Shown here: in pieces, positions 50,890-64,000 of the stretch
Numbering within the stretch: the stretch's first letter is position 1
Layout: each line of letters opens with the position of its first letter
From: Isurus oxyrinchus
Lineage: Eukaryota
NCBI GenBank assembly: GCA_026770705.1
Contig: JANJGN010000007.1
Coordinates: 153,574,001-153,638,000 of the forward strand
Direction: 5' to 3'
Length of the DNA stretch: 64,000 nucleotides
The notes under the pieces: model-generated
What the model saw: only the letters and a program-made list of their open reading frames with translations
Database searches by the model: none
What the model was told of the DNA's origin: nothing
Translations under genes and position numbers: made by a program

Positions 50890-53285
50890 AAGTCTGCAGA
50901 TGATACAAAATTATGTACTGGGGAATTGGGCCCATGACTGGCAAAGGATGTTTAACTTAGAAAAGTGCAAGTTATGCATGTGAGCAGAGTGAATGCTGAA
51001 CATACACACACCTTTCAGGGAAAAATGCTAAAGTTGATGGAGAAAGAAATCTGGGCACACATCTCTAAAAGTACATGACCAACGTAGTGGAGCAAGAGCT
51101 CAAGCGAATAGGGTGTTGACATATTTAGAGGACAATTCACTAGAGGACAAAATATACCATTTTGACCTTGTACAAGACCTTGGTTAGAATACGGTGTCCA
51201 GTTTTTGTCTTCTCACATGGCGTGTGTGATATTGCAGATTTACTAAGGGTGCAAATTAAAGCAACCAGATTATTTCCCAGTTTAAAGCATCTCAGTTTTC
51301 CAGATAGGCTCAAAGGCAACATCCTAAATGCAGTGCTGATGACTTGGGCTCCAGAACTAGTTGTGCCCCTAACCAAGTTGTTCCATTACAGTTCCAACAC
51401 TGGCATCCACCCAACAATACATAAAATTATCTAGGTATGGCCTGCCCACAAAAATCAGGATGAAATAAACCTGTCCAATTACCACCCCATCAGTCTACTC
51501 AAATGAACAAAGTGATGGAAGGTGTGTCAAAAATGCTGTGAAACAGCACTTGCCCACCAACAACTGCTCACCAATACTCAGTTTGAGCTCCACCTCTGTT
51601 CCAGGCCTCGTGGCAGGCTTGATCCAAACATGGATGAAAGAACTGAATTCCAGGGATGATATGGAAGTCACTGTCAAATGCTGCCTTGAAGTCAAGGGCA
51701 GAATGCGACACCAAGGAGCCCTAACAAAATTGACTTCAATGGGAATCAGGAGAAACTCTGCACTGGTTGGAGTCATACCTAGCATAAAGCAAGATGGTTG
51801 TGGTTGTTGGAAGCCAATTGTCTCATCCCCAGTACATCACTGCAGCTTCTCAGGGCAGTGTCCTACATGCAACCATCTTAATCTGCTTCATTAATAACCT
51901 TCCCTATACATCATCAGGTCAGAAGTGGGGACATTCCCTGATGATTACAGTGTTCAGTTCCACTCAACTCCTCAGATATTGAAACCGCCGGTGTGTGAAA
52001 AACACTGCAAGAGGCTTGGACTGATAAATAGCAACTAACATTCACACCACACAAGTTCTAGGCAATGACCATCCCCAAAGAATCTAACCACTTTCACTTG
52101 ACATTCAACAGCATTACCATTGCTGAATTTTCCCAATTTTCAGTATCCTGGGAGTTACCAGTGACCAGAAACTAAACTGGACCAGCCATATAAATAGTGC
52201 GCTACAAGAGCAGCTCAGAAAGCTGGAATTCAGCAGCAAGTAACTCATCTCCTGCCTGCTGAAAGACTGCCTACCATCTACAAGGCACAAGTCAGAGTGT
52301 GATGGAATATTCTCCACTTGCCTGGATGAGTGCAGCTCCAACAATGCTCAATAAGCTTGACACCATCCAAGACAAAGCAGTGCACTTGACTGACATCCTA
52401 GCCAACACGTTAAACGTTCACTACGTGCACCTTTGGCACAATATGACAGCAGTACGCACCACCTACAAGATGCATGCTGGAGCTCGCCAAGGTTCCTTTT
52501 ATAGCAGTTTTCAAATCCATGGCCTTTATGGCCAAGAATAAGGACATCAGACACACTACTTGCTGGTTCCCCTCGAAGTCACACACTATCTAGACTTTGA
52601 ACTTTAATCGGTGTTCCTTCACTGTTACTGGTTCCCCAATAGCATTGTAGGTGTATGGGTAGGTATGGGCTGCAGCAATTTAAGATGGCAGCTCATCAGC
52701 AGCTGGGGCAATTAGGGAAGGGCAATAAATGCAGGCATTGCTCACAAAGCTCACATCCCATATCCCATGAACAAACATAACAAGGGCAGGGACTTCAGAA
52801 GCATGTATTCAGGGTGATTTGATCAAAATTTCTAAGATGATGCTGGAATTAGATTGCAATTGAATAGACAATTTGTTTCAACTAAATAGGTTCAGGAGGA
52901 CCAGAGTTCACATCTCAAGTTATGTAAAGGTATAACTAGATTAGATGTTTTGAGCCAGTTTTTTGCCCCTGCAACAGTCGACCAATGGAACAGGCAGCTA
53001 ACAGATGCATTGAATACTGATTTGCTTAATTCTTTCAAGCACAAGCCGTTTCTGGCAGGTACTGTTTAACATTAATCAGAACCAGGGTGGTCTCTTGGAC
53101 TGTTTCTGATTTCTGAAGGGGATCGAGAGGAATTTCTCAGAATTTTTCCCTAATTGACCTGGGTTTACCACCTCTTCTACACAATTATGGGACTTTCCAT
53201 GTAGGGTGGAAAGTGTACATATTGTGTTGCATGAGGCATTGCAACTGTGAGAGACAGGCTAGATGATCCAATGGGTCTTTTTTTT
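50890..53285 (+). mobile_element. Old CR1 fragment interrupted by a CR1 family-B copy (~51320-52775)
   Basis: LYKTLVR...LFPSLKHLSFPDRL runs into LMTWAPELVVPLTKLF; MEYSPLAWMSAAPTMLNKLDTIQDKA; family-B tail ends cacatcccatatcccatgaac, then the first element resumes. Confidence 0.8.
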
Positions 53286-53714
53286 TTAAATCTGTCATTG
53301 GTCTTAAGACATAACTATAATTCCAAATAGGTTTTATTTTGGAAAGTGGAAATTGTAGTGGATCAATCCTTTCAGTAATTCAGATGGTTCACAATCTATT
53401 GAAGTGTCATAATGTTGCAACACAAGTGTTTTGTATTAATTCTACTGTGGTATCAATTGGCTTCCTTATGAAGCACATAGACATGTCTTATGTGAAGTGT
53501 TATACAAGTGAAAGTTACCATCATAACAGGGAGTGAAACAGAGTACTTTACACAGCAATAAATAGAGCTCTTTCAGCTTTCCAGATCAAACAGTTCTCAA
53601 AAAGGATGACACAGATTTACAGGCTTTAGAATGAGTAGAATAATGAACCGATATATTTTATGTCTAGTCCTTACTAAGTTTGTGAACATTTTATTGTGGT
53701 TTTTAAATTTCAGG

Positions 53715-54135
53715 AAGAAAGATCTTAGATTTAAATAGCATCTTTCATAACTTCAGGATGTCATGATTAAGTACTTTTGAAGTTTAGTCACTGTTGTAAT
53801 GTAGGGAAACGTACACACCAAGTTGCACACAACAACCTCTCACAAACAGCAATGAGAGAAATTGACCAAATAACCTGTTGGTGGTGTTTGAAGGATAAAT
53901 TGAGCCAGATCATCAATAGCACTCTTCAAATAGTATCACGGGATCTTTTACATCCAATGAAGACGATAGACAGGCCTAGGTTTCACTTTTCAACCCAAAA
54001 AAAACCCAGCACCACTAATGGTAATATACTCCCTCAGTACTATACTGAATTGTCAGCCTAGATTTTTTTGCTCAAGTTCAGTGTGGGGCTTGAACCAATG
54101 GCCATCTGACTCAAGAAATGACAATGTTAAAACTG
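53715..54135 (-). mobile_element. Deu-domain SINE
   Basis: gggatcttttacatcca...ctccctcagtactatactgaattgtcagcctagatt...ggggcttgaacc. Confidence 0.8.
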
Positions 54136-54464
54136 ATACCTTTTTATGCAAAATGATTACAAAAGTACAACGTCTGCCATCCAGTAACTTGTAAACTGGT
54201 TTCCCTGGTTCATTCATTAGAACGTGAGCTCAGTACAGCATTTCACCATAACCAGCTTTCTTAGTGAGTGCAATTCACAAACTGCATTAACCAAAACAAT
54301 AAACACAGACAAGTCAAATAATTTAGCTCTATGATTCAACACTGTAAGCCAAAAATATTATCACAGTTCAGAATCACTGACACAAACCAAAGCACTAAGA
54401 GTAACTCCATATTCAAGTAAGTAAACTTGAAACAAATTGAAGAAACCTCACAGGAATAGATTTT

Positions 54465-56800
54465 TAAGTTCATTCACATAATTTGGGCATTGCTAACAAG
54501 GCCAGCATTAATTCCCCAACTGTAATTGTCCTCAAAGAGGCAGTAGTGAATTGCCTTCTTGAACCGCTGTAGTCCAAATGGTGCAGGTACACTAAAAGCA
54601 CTGTTAATGAGGGGGTTCCAGGATTTTGACACAGTGGCGAGCAAGGAACAGCAAAATAATTCCAAGTCAGGAGGTGGGTGCCTTGAAGGGGAGTATCCAA
54701 GTGGTAGTGCTCCCATCTGCCTGCTGCCTTTTTTCTTCTAAGTGGTAGAGGTCACGGGTTGAGGGGTGCTGCTGAAGAAGCCTTGGCAAGTTGCTGCTGT
54801 GCATCTTATAAAGAAAACACTGCAACCATGGTGCACTGGTGAAGGAAATGAATGCTTAAGGTAGTAGATGGGGTGTTGATCAAGCAGATTGCTTTTCCTT
54901 GGATGGTATGGAGCTTCGAGTGTTGCTGGATCTGCCTTTATCCAGGCAAGTGTGGATTATTCTATCACACTCTTGACTTGTGCCTTGTAGGTTGTGGCAA
55001 GAGTGTAGGAAATTGGAAATTGAGTCACTCACCAATACCCAGCCTCTGACCTCTCTTAAAGCCATAGTATTTATACAGCAGGTCTAGTTAAGTTTGTGGT
55101 CAATGGTGAACTCCAGGATGTTGTTGGTGGGGGGGAATTGAACAATGGTAATGACTGTCGCTGGAGATAGTCAGACTCTCCCTTGTTAGGAGATGGTCAT
55201 TGCTGGGCACTTGTGTGGCACAAATGTTCCTTGCCACATATCAGCCCAAGCCTGAATGTCATCCAGGTCTTGCTGCATATGGGCACTTACTGCTTCAGTA
55301 TCGGAGGAATGACGAATGGTGCTGACCGTTGTGGAATCATCAGCAAACCTCACCACTTCTGAGCTTATGACGGAAGCAAGGTCACTGATGAAGCAGCTAA
55401 AGGTGGTTTGGCCAAGGACACTATCCTGAGGAACTCATTCAGCAACGTCCATGGAAGATGACTGGCCACTAACAATCACAACTATTTCCTTTGTGCCATG
55501 AACAACTTAAGCCAATGGAGGGCTTTCTTGTTCTACACAGACTTCAATTTTACTAGGGTTTCTTGGTGCCACATTCTGTCAAATGCTGCCTTCATGTCCA
55601 GGGCAGTCACTTTTATCTCAGTTCTGGAATTCAGCTCTTTTGTTCATGTTTGGATCAAGGCTGTAATAATGTCAGGAGCTGAGTGGTCTTAGCAAAACTC
55701 AAACTGAGCATCAAGTGAGCAGGTTATTGATGAGTAAATAATACTTGATAGCACCGTGATCCATCCTTTCTATCACTCTGATGATTGAGAATAGATGATG
55801 AACAGGGCAGGAATTGGCCCAATTAGGTATATCAACAGGACATAGCTATGAAGCTTTCTACAGTGTCAAAGAAATGCAAGTGTTGTAGCTGTACTGGCAC
55901 AGCTTGCCAAAGGGTGTGGCTAGTTTTGGAGAACAAGTCCATTGCTTTTGCTGTATTCAGCAAGTTCAGCTGTTTCTTGATATCAAAGAATGACTCAAAT
56001 TGGTTGCCATCTACAATGGTAGGGACTTCACGAAGAGGTCGAAATGCATCATATGATAGAGGGTGGCCTCAGTGTGAACATGGGTCTTTTTCTTGATAAG
56101 GTCACTCCCACCAATACTGTCATGGACAGACATAATCTGTGAGAGGCCGATGGGCAAGGACAAAGTCAAATAGATTCTTTTCTCATGCTGGTTGCCTCAA
56201 CACTGGCCAGAAGTCCAGTCTAGAACTACATTCTTCAGGACCTGGCCAGTTTGATCAGTAGTGGTGCTACCGAACCACTCGGTGATTGACATTGAAGTCC
56301 CCACCCAGAGTACATTCCTTGCCTTTGCTACTTCCAAGCAGTGTTCAACATGAGGAGCACTCACTCATCAGCTGAAGGAAACTTCAGCTGAAGGATGGTT
56401 TCCTTGCCCTAAGTTTAACCTTATACCACAAGGCTTCATGGGATCCGGAGTCAATATTCAGGAATTTGAAACTGTATACCTTTGTGCCACTATCTCTACC
56501 AGCGCGACAAGACATACCCAGGGGTGGTGATTGGGGGTGTGGGACATAGATGTAATTCTGTGATTATGATAATCAGCCAATGTTAGATTACACCTATGTA
56601 AGGCTACTGCTTTACTAATCTGTGGAACAGCTATTTCAATTTTGGCAAAAGTTCTCCGAAGTTATTGAGATGACTTTCCAGAGTCAACTAAGCTGCATGT
56701 CTTTGATGTTTCCAAATCAGATGCCGAGGTCAATGTTGAATGCTCTGCCTGTTTTTATTCTTCTTCTAATTTTTTGTGGCTGTTTGAAATAATTGAGTAG
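54465..56800 (-). mobile_element. CR1 family-B LINE fragment (~2.3 kb, internally deleted)
   Basis: Antisense to 51320-52775 (tail, RT region, APE remnants such as ttgaagtcccc). Confidence 0.85.
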
Positions 56801-57249
56801 CCAGGGCTGAGTGCATGCAATTGTTGGGTAAGAAAGACTAAATTTTTATTTTGTACAAGCCTAATTTAGTTTGTTGTTGGCATGAAATTGAAATCTACAG
56901 TTTAAATTTTGTAATTGCCAACCTTAAGCAGGGTTTTTTCGGGGGTTCCAGTGAAATAGCAGCTCGATTAAGAACCAGCTGAAACTGGATCCTCATTATG
57001 TGACTCAGATAGGCCTTGTGTGTTAGGAGCATATATAAATAGCCAATTTAGTGCGATTTACAAGAAAGTGCCAAAGTTGAATGCTTCAGGGAGTTAAGCG
57101 GAGGAAGGGAAAAAGGTGTTTGGTTCCTTTTACCTAAATTTTTCCAGCCTCCAGGAATTGATTCTTGCTCTGCAGAAGAAACTGGTTAATTGGTGAGTAT
57201 CTGCTAAGTGATTAAGGTTTATTCTATTCCTCAGGCTCAAAATAGTATA

Positions 57250-60200
57250 TTTTGAGCGAGAGGCAAGCAGGGAGAACAAAATGCACAGATTGAGAGGCCT
57301 ACCTGCAGTGAGACCAGCAGCAGAATGACGTCATGAACCGCAATGTGATGCGAGTGCAGGAAAAGCAGCTGATTGGTTAGTAGGATTGGAGAGTATTTCT
57401 GGTGTTTAAAGTAAAAGTAAGGTCTTTTGTTCATGTTTAGGTCTCTAGTATTTTTTTCTCTTTTTCTTGAAAATAGCTTAAGTAAAGGTTGATACTGGTG
57501 TAAAAATAGTAATTACAATAAAGCGTAAAGAGCTGGGGATTCTTCAAGTGTAAGGAGCAGGGATACTAGAGTAATTAATTAATAAATTAAATGAAATACA
57601 ATAGTGATGGCGTCGGGGCAGGGGGGGGGGCGGTGACGTGTTGCTGCTGCAGCATGTAGTAGCTGCTAGACACCAAGGTGATCTAGAGCTAACACATCTA
57701 TAGCAAGCATTTGCAGCTCCAGGACTTCGCATCCAAGTTGAGGAGCTGGAATCTGAGCTGCAGACATTGCGCCACATCAGGGAGGGGGAAAGTTACCTGG
57801 ACACTTTGCTCCAGGAGGCAGTCACACCCTTCAGTTCAGGTAATTCAAATTTGGTCCATGATTAGGGACAGGAGAGTGTGACTGCAGGTGAGGCAAGGAT
57901 GGGGACCCAAGGGAGCATTTGAGTAGCCTCGGTATTTGCAAGTGTCCAATAGTTATAACGTTCTTGTGTGCACAAGAGCAAGGACTGCAGGGTGGATGAG
58001 CAAACTGACCATGGCACTGTGGTACAGGGAGCCATTCAAGTAGGGGGAGGAAATAGGAACATAGTACTGGTAGAGGACAGTATAATTAGGGGGATACTGT
58101 TCTCTGCAGCCATGAGCTGTGTTGCCTGCTTGGTGCCAGGATTAAGGATATTTCCTCAGGGCTGGCGAGAAACTTGGGAGTGGGAGGGGATTCCAGTTGT
58201 CGTCGTCCACGTTGATACCAATGACATTGGTAGGACTAGAAAGCAGGTTCTGCTGAAAGAATTTGAACAGTTAGAAGCTAAAGAGCAGAATCTCCAAGGT
58301 AATAATCTCAGGATTACTACCTGAACCACATAGGGTAAATAAACTCAAGGAGTTAAATGCATGGCTCAAAGAGTGGTGTGGGAGGAATGGGTTTCAACTC
58401 ATGGCGCACTGGCACCAGTCCTGGGTTAGAAGGGAGCTGTTCTGGTGGGATGGGTTTCAGTTGAACCATGCAGGGACCAGCATCCAGATGAATTGAATGA
58501 CTAGAGCTATAGAGAGGGCTTTAAAATAAATAAAGGAGGCGAGGGTTCTGGAGAGGGAATACGTAGGCTTACAAAGCATAAGGGTATGGCAGCATTGTAG
58601 GGCAGCAATTTAGGCAATGTTACCCAGGGTGTGACAGGAAGGGAGAGTGTACAAACATTAAAAAACAGCAGCAAATAGGGTCGAAGGGGGAAAAAAGGCA
58701 AAAAGGCAAAATTAATGGTTCTTTACTGAAATATTACTCAGAACAAAACAAATCAATTATCGGCACAAAGAGAGGTTAATGGGTATGATCTTATAGCCAT
58801 TACGGAGACATAGCTATAAGGAGATCAAAACTGGGAACTAAATATTCAGGACTTTTTGAAAGGATGGACGAAGGAAAGAATGGTGGGGTAGCTTTTTTAG
58901 TACGAGATGGACTAAGTGTGATAGCAAGAAATGATCTTGGATTGGAAGATGTAGAATCCATATGTGTTCAGGTAACCAAAAAGAGGAAGACAACACTGGT
59001 GGGAGTAGTCTATAGGCCTCTTAACACTAGCTATACTGTAGGACAGGGAATAAATCAGGAGAAAATGAGGACATGTAAAAAAAGGTAGTACATTAAATCA
59101 TGGGTGACTCTAATCTTCATGTAGATTGAGAATGTCAAATTGGCAGAGGTAGCCACGAGCAAGAATTCACAGAATGTATTTGGACAGTGTCCTAGAATAA
59201 TATGTTGTGGATCCAATCAGGGATTAGGCTATTTTGGATCTGGTAATGTGTAATGAGGCAGGTTTAATAAATGATCTCAGTAAAAGATACCTTAGGAAAC
59301 AGTGACCATAACATGGTAGAATTTAGCATTCAGTTTGAGTGAGAAACTTGGGTCGGAAACAGCTGTGCTAAACTTAAATAAGGTTAATTACAAAGGAATG
59401 AGGGAAGAGCTGGCTGGAGTGGTCTGGGAAAGGAGGTTAGCAGAAAAGACAGTTGATGAACAATGGCATACGTTTAAGAAAATAGTTCATGACTCTCAAC
59501 AAAGATATATTCCAGTGAGGGAGGGGGATTCTAGGAAGGGGATAAACCAACTATGATTAAACAAGGAAGTTAAAGATAGTATCAAATTAAAAGAAAAAAC
59601 ATACAATGTGGCAAAGGTTGGTGGTAAGCCAGAGGATTGGGAAAGTTTTTTAAAAAAATGACCAAAAAATATAAAAAGAGGGAGAAAATAAACTTTGAGG
59701 GTACACTAACAAATAATATCAAAACAGACAGTAAGAGCTTCTTTAAATATATAAATAGGAAGAGAGAGGCCAAAATGAACATAGGTCCCTTAGAGATGGA
59801 GGCTAGGGAAATAATAATGGGGAACCAGGAAATGGCAAAGAAGTTGGATAAAAACTTTGCATCAGTCTTCACGATAGAAGGCACGAATAGCATTCCAAAA
59901 ATACTAAACAATCAAGGGGCAAAAGATGGGTAGGAAATATATACAATAACTGCCACTAGAGAAAAAGTACTAGGGAAACTAATGGGGCTAAAGGCCGATA
60001 AGTCCCCTGGACTTGATGGGTTGCATCTTAGGATATTAATGGAAGTAGCTACAAAGATAGTGCATGCACTGGTAGCAATCTTCCAAAAGTCCTTAGATTC
60101 TGGAAAAGTCCCAGAAGATTGGAAAACTGCCCTTATTGAAAAAGGGAGGGAAACAAAAAAAACAGCTAACTATAGGCCAGTTAGCTTAGCATCCGTCACT

Positions 60201-61530
60201 GGGAAAAGTTAGAGTCTATTATAAAAGGAGATAATAGCAGAGTATTTAGAAATGCATAATATAATCAAGCAGAGTCAGCATGGCTTCATGAAGGGTAAAT
60301 CATACCTGACAAAATTTATTAGAATTCTTTGAGGTAACAAGCGTGATAGATAAAAGGGGAACCAGTAGATGTAATATATTTGGATTTACAAAAGGCGTTC
60401 GATAAGGTACCGCACATAAGGCTACTTAATAAGCTAAGAGCCCATGGCGTTGGGGATAGGATATTAGCATGGATAGAGGATTAGCTAACTAATAGAAGAC
60501 CGAGCTGGGATAAGGGGGGCATTTTCAGGATGGCAACCTGTAACTAGTGGAATGCCACAGGGATCTGTGCTGGGGCCACAATTATTTACAATATATATTA
60601 ATGACTTGGATGAGGGAAGTGAATGTACTATCGCCAAGTTTGTGGATGACACAAAAATAGGTGGGAAGACAAGTGGTGAAGATGACAGAGAGTCTACTGA
60701 GGGATATAGACAAGTGAGTGGGCAAAAACTTGGCAGATGGAACATAATGTGGGAAAACACAAGGTTATGTACATTGGTAGGAAGAATAGAGGAGCTGAAT
60801 ATTTTAAGTGGAGAAAGACTACAGAAAACTGCAGCACAGAGGGATTTGGGGGTCCTCATGCATAAATATCAAAAAGCTAGCATACAAAGTTCAGCAGGTG
60901 AAAGGGAAGGCAAATGGAATGTTGGCCTTTATTTCCAAAGGGAATAGAGTATAAAAATAGGGAAGTCTTGCTAAGACTATACAAGACACCAGTTAGACCA
61001 CACCTAGAATACTGTGAACAGTTTTGGTCCCCTTATCTAAGGAAAGATATACTGGCATTGGAGGCAGTCCAGAGAAAGTTCATTAGGTTGATCCCAGGTC
61101 AGAAGGATTTTCTTATGAGATGATGTTGAGTACTCACTGAAGTTTAGAAAAATGAGAGGTGACCTTATTGAAATATAAGATTCTTAGGGGACTTGACAGG
61201 GTAGATGCTGAGAAGTTGTTTCCCCTTGTGGGAGAGTTGAGGACCAGAGGGCATAATCCTAGAGTAAGAGGTCACCCAGTTAAGACAGAGATGAGGAGGA
61301 ATTTCTTCTCTCAGAAGGTAGTGAATCTGTGGAATTCTTTACCGCAGAGGCTGGGTTGTTAACTATATACAAGGCTGATACAGACAGATTTTTAATCAGC
61401 AGGCGATTCAAGGGTTACGGGGAAAAGGCAGGGAAGTGGAATTGAGGATTACCAGATCAGCCATGATTTCATCGAATGACAGTGCAGACAGGATGGGCCG
61501 AATGGCCTCCTTTTACTCCTAAATCTTATG
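57250..61530 (+). mobile_element. Near full-length decayed CR1 LINE: ORF1 (Cys-rich + SGNH esterase) and ORF2 (APE + RT)
   Basis: VLVEDSIIRG...VVVVHVDTNDIG; GGVAFLVRD...TLVGVVYRP; DKSPGLDGLH; [19 protein letters not shown]...[11 protein letters not shown]; LYKTPVRPHLEYCEQFWSPYLRKDI; 5' boundary uncertain. Confidence 0.93.
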
Positions 61531-61534
61531 GCTT

Positions 61535-61700
61535 GAGGGCATTTAAGAGTCAACCACATCATCTGGAGGCATATATAGACCAGACTGGGTAAGGGTGACA
61601 GTTTTTCTTCTCTAGAGAGTATTAGCAAACCATTTGAGGTTTTAAACTTGATAGTTTCATGATCACTATTTCCAATATGAGCTTTTCATTCTGTATTCAG
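61535..61700 (-). mobile_element. tRNA-SINE fragment (30755 family)
   Basis: ttaagagtcaaccacatc...gaccagactgggtaagggtgacag. Confidence 0.6.
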
Positions 61701-62704
61701 TTGCACAATATCATAAGTGCACTTCACATCCAAGGGATAGGAAAATTGACTTTGAGAATTAATGAGTTTAAAGACACATAAACCAAAAAAAAAGCTTTGG
61801 TTCAAAAACAAAGTAAGCAATTGTTAAATTAAAAGTTACCATCTCAAATGTTTTGATTAAACTGCAAAATTTAATTTGTTTACCACAGGATACCAACAAA
61901 TCCAATGCTCAAACTCCTTCTCTACACTAAGTTAACAGTAGCAGAAATGCATGCCCTGTTGTTGCTAAACACAGAACAAAAAAAAATAAAAAATTAACTT
62001 TCTCTTGCACAATCTCACCTCTGACCCCTACTACAAACATTAGCCAAGGACTGCACTTCATTTTGACAAGAAATATTACGAGTCAAAACTGTGCTACTTC
62101 AATCAACAGCATCAGCATAAACAATCTGCTCTCGGAGGGCTTAGCTTCAGAATTAGAACACTAATAGTATTTGTATTATTGAATATCAAACAATTAGATT
62201 TCAAGATGAGCTATTTTTTTTAAACAAGCCAAATTACTAATTACATTAAAGCCAATTACATGGTTCTGTTTACACTTATGATTTTATATCTTAACTTGTT
62301 AGCGCACTCAATTTTCTGCATTGCTGTTTCTGGTATGAATTTCATAAAGTCAAAAAGAAGTGAGATTTTATCAAATAAACTCGTCTACTTAAGTGGTGGA
62401 ATATAACATATTCCAGAATCTTCCTCTTCCACTGCTAAAACCCGGGCTGAAGTTTGTCAAGGAATCACTCCTTAAACACCTTACAGCGAGTCAATCTCTC
62501 CATAAGCTTTGACTTGTGCTGTCTCATGTTGATACATGTACCCTCAGATTCTGGGCTTCTCTCTAGTCCTTTCTTGCTCCACCTCAACAATGGGAACAGT
62601 CTATTCAGCCACAATTCTATCAAAATGCACTGTCCAGTTTCAGAAACATTCTGAAACTCTCTTCTAGGGCAATGCCTTTCAGTTATCCATGGATTCCTGG
62701 AATA

Positions 62705-63320
62705 TGACAACATAGAAGCATGTGTTGGCTTTAAGAGCAATCCAGTTAGTCCCATTACCCCATTCTTTCCCCACATTACAGGAATTTTTACTCAAGTATT
62801 TTTTACAATTCCCTTTTGAAAGCTATTATGGAATCTTAGCAGGCAGTGCAGTCCAACTCTTTTCCACTCTTCGAGCAAAAATGTTTTCATGTTGCCTCTG
62901 GTTCTTTTGCTTTAATTCTGTGCCCTCTGGTTATTGACCCTTCGACCACTGGAAACAATTTCTCTTTATTTATTCTGTCTAAACCATCATGATTTTATCG
63001 AATCTCCTTTTATCCTCCTCTGCTCAGAAGAGAAAAATTACCCTAGTTTCTCAATCTATCCAGATAAGTGTAATTGCTATTCCTGAGTCCATTCTAGTAA
63101 ATCTCCTCTGTACCCTCTCCAAAACGTTCACATCCTTCATAAAGTGTGGTGCTTAAAATTGAACACAGTACACCAGCTGAGGCCAAATTAGTGCTTTATA
63201 AAGGTTCAGTATAACTTCCTGGCTTTTGTGCTCCTATGTCTCCATTTATAAAGTCCAGGATTCCATGTGCTTTAGTACCTGCTTTGTTAACCTGTCTGCC
63301 ACCTTCAAACATTTGTGTAG
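62705..63320 (-). mobile_element. CR1 LINE 3' fragment
   Basis: gtaaatctcctctgtaccctctcc...aagtgtggtg...cagtacaccagctgaggcc. Confidence 0.75.
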
Positions 63321-63504
63321 TGTTAGGAAATAGAGATCGTTTAAGTAAGTTATATTGGTATTTGAGAGTGTTAGGAATGAGTTTAGCTTTAATGCTTGAG
63401 TTTGATTTATATTTCTGTACCTGTGTGTTAAGAAAAGGTCGAGTTTTAGTTTCACTAAAAAAGGTGTCTGCATTTCTGATGAGAGTTTATGACCGTTGGG
63501 GAAG

Positions 63505-64000
63505 TTAGAATCATAGAAATGTTACAGCACAGAAATAGGCCATTCAGCCCATCGTGTCTCTGCCAGCTGAAAGGGAAGAAAAAAAAAACTAGCTGCCCAT
63601 TTTAATCCCACCTTCCTGCACCTGGCCTGTAGCCTTGCAGGTTACAGCACTTTAGGTACAGATCTAGGTGCTTTTTAAATGAGTTGAGGGTTTCTGCCTC
63701 CACCACCAAACCAGGCAGTGAGTTCCAAACACACACCACCCTCTGGGTGAAGAAGCTTTTCCTCATGTCCCCTCTAATCCTTCTACCAATTACCTCTAGT
63801 CTGTGCCCACTGGTAATTGACCCCTCTACTAAGGGAAACAGGGTATCCCTATCGACTCTATCTAGACCCCTCATAATCTTGTACACCTCAATCAGACACC
63901 CCTCAGCTTCCTCAGTTACAAGGAAAACAAACCCAGCCTATCCAATCTATCCTCATAGCTGCAATTTTCAAGCCCTGGCAACGTTCTTGTAAATCTCCTC
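63505..64000 (-). mobile_element. Relatively young CR1 LINE 3' end (runs off the window)
   Basis: ORF 63602-63886 MYKIMRGLDRVDRDTLFPLVEGSITSGHRLEVIGRRIRGDMRKSFFTQRVV; tagaatcatagaa tail. Confidence 0.9.

Noticed and set aside
57600-61430. Active or domesticated CR1 protein gene
   Set aside because: Numerous stops and frameshifts in both ORFs; RT motif reads FVDD.
19120-64000. Upstream NFAT5 exons (MPSDFISLLSADLDL... and DSLKLHPSQNF...)
   Set aside because: Not found by eye or in the ORF track; probably beyond the window, though a short diverged exon could be missed.

Overview
Vertebrate nuclear DNA, most likely a cartilaginous fish (shark-type CR1, Penelope and Deu-domain SINE repeats; species assignment is inference). 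The window lies inside the NFAT5 (TonEBP) gene on the minus strand. Three coding exons join in frame with canonical GT-AG sites (18666-18788, 9199-9742, 2946-3135). They encode the N-terminal regulatory region, the NLS and the start of the Rel-homology domain. The first exon(s) probably lie beyond 64000 and the remaining exons before position 1. The rest is intron filled with decayed CR1/L2 LINEs, Penelope-like elements, SINEs, MITEs, a probable solo LTR and a 733-nt assembly gap. Main observations: (1) candidate NFAT5 cassette exons, including a 17-nt plus 37-nt pair that each shift the frame alone but restore it together, and an 81-nt stop-containing exon; (2) young TSD-flanked, fold-back Penelope-tail insertions carrying minimal hammerhead-ribozyme-like motifs, one of which offers two in-frame cryptic acceptors to an NFAT5 exon; (3) apparent absence of the mammalian Y143 phosphosite and of the NFAT5a Met-Gly start; (4) a TTAA-flanked inverted repeat with ~207-bp arms. 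Comparisons with human NFAT5 and with repeat consensus sequences are from memory, not from searches. Repeat boundaries without a stated TSD or TIR are approximate.
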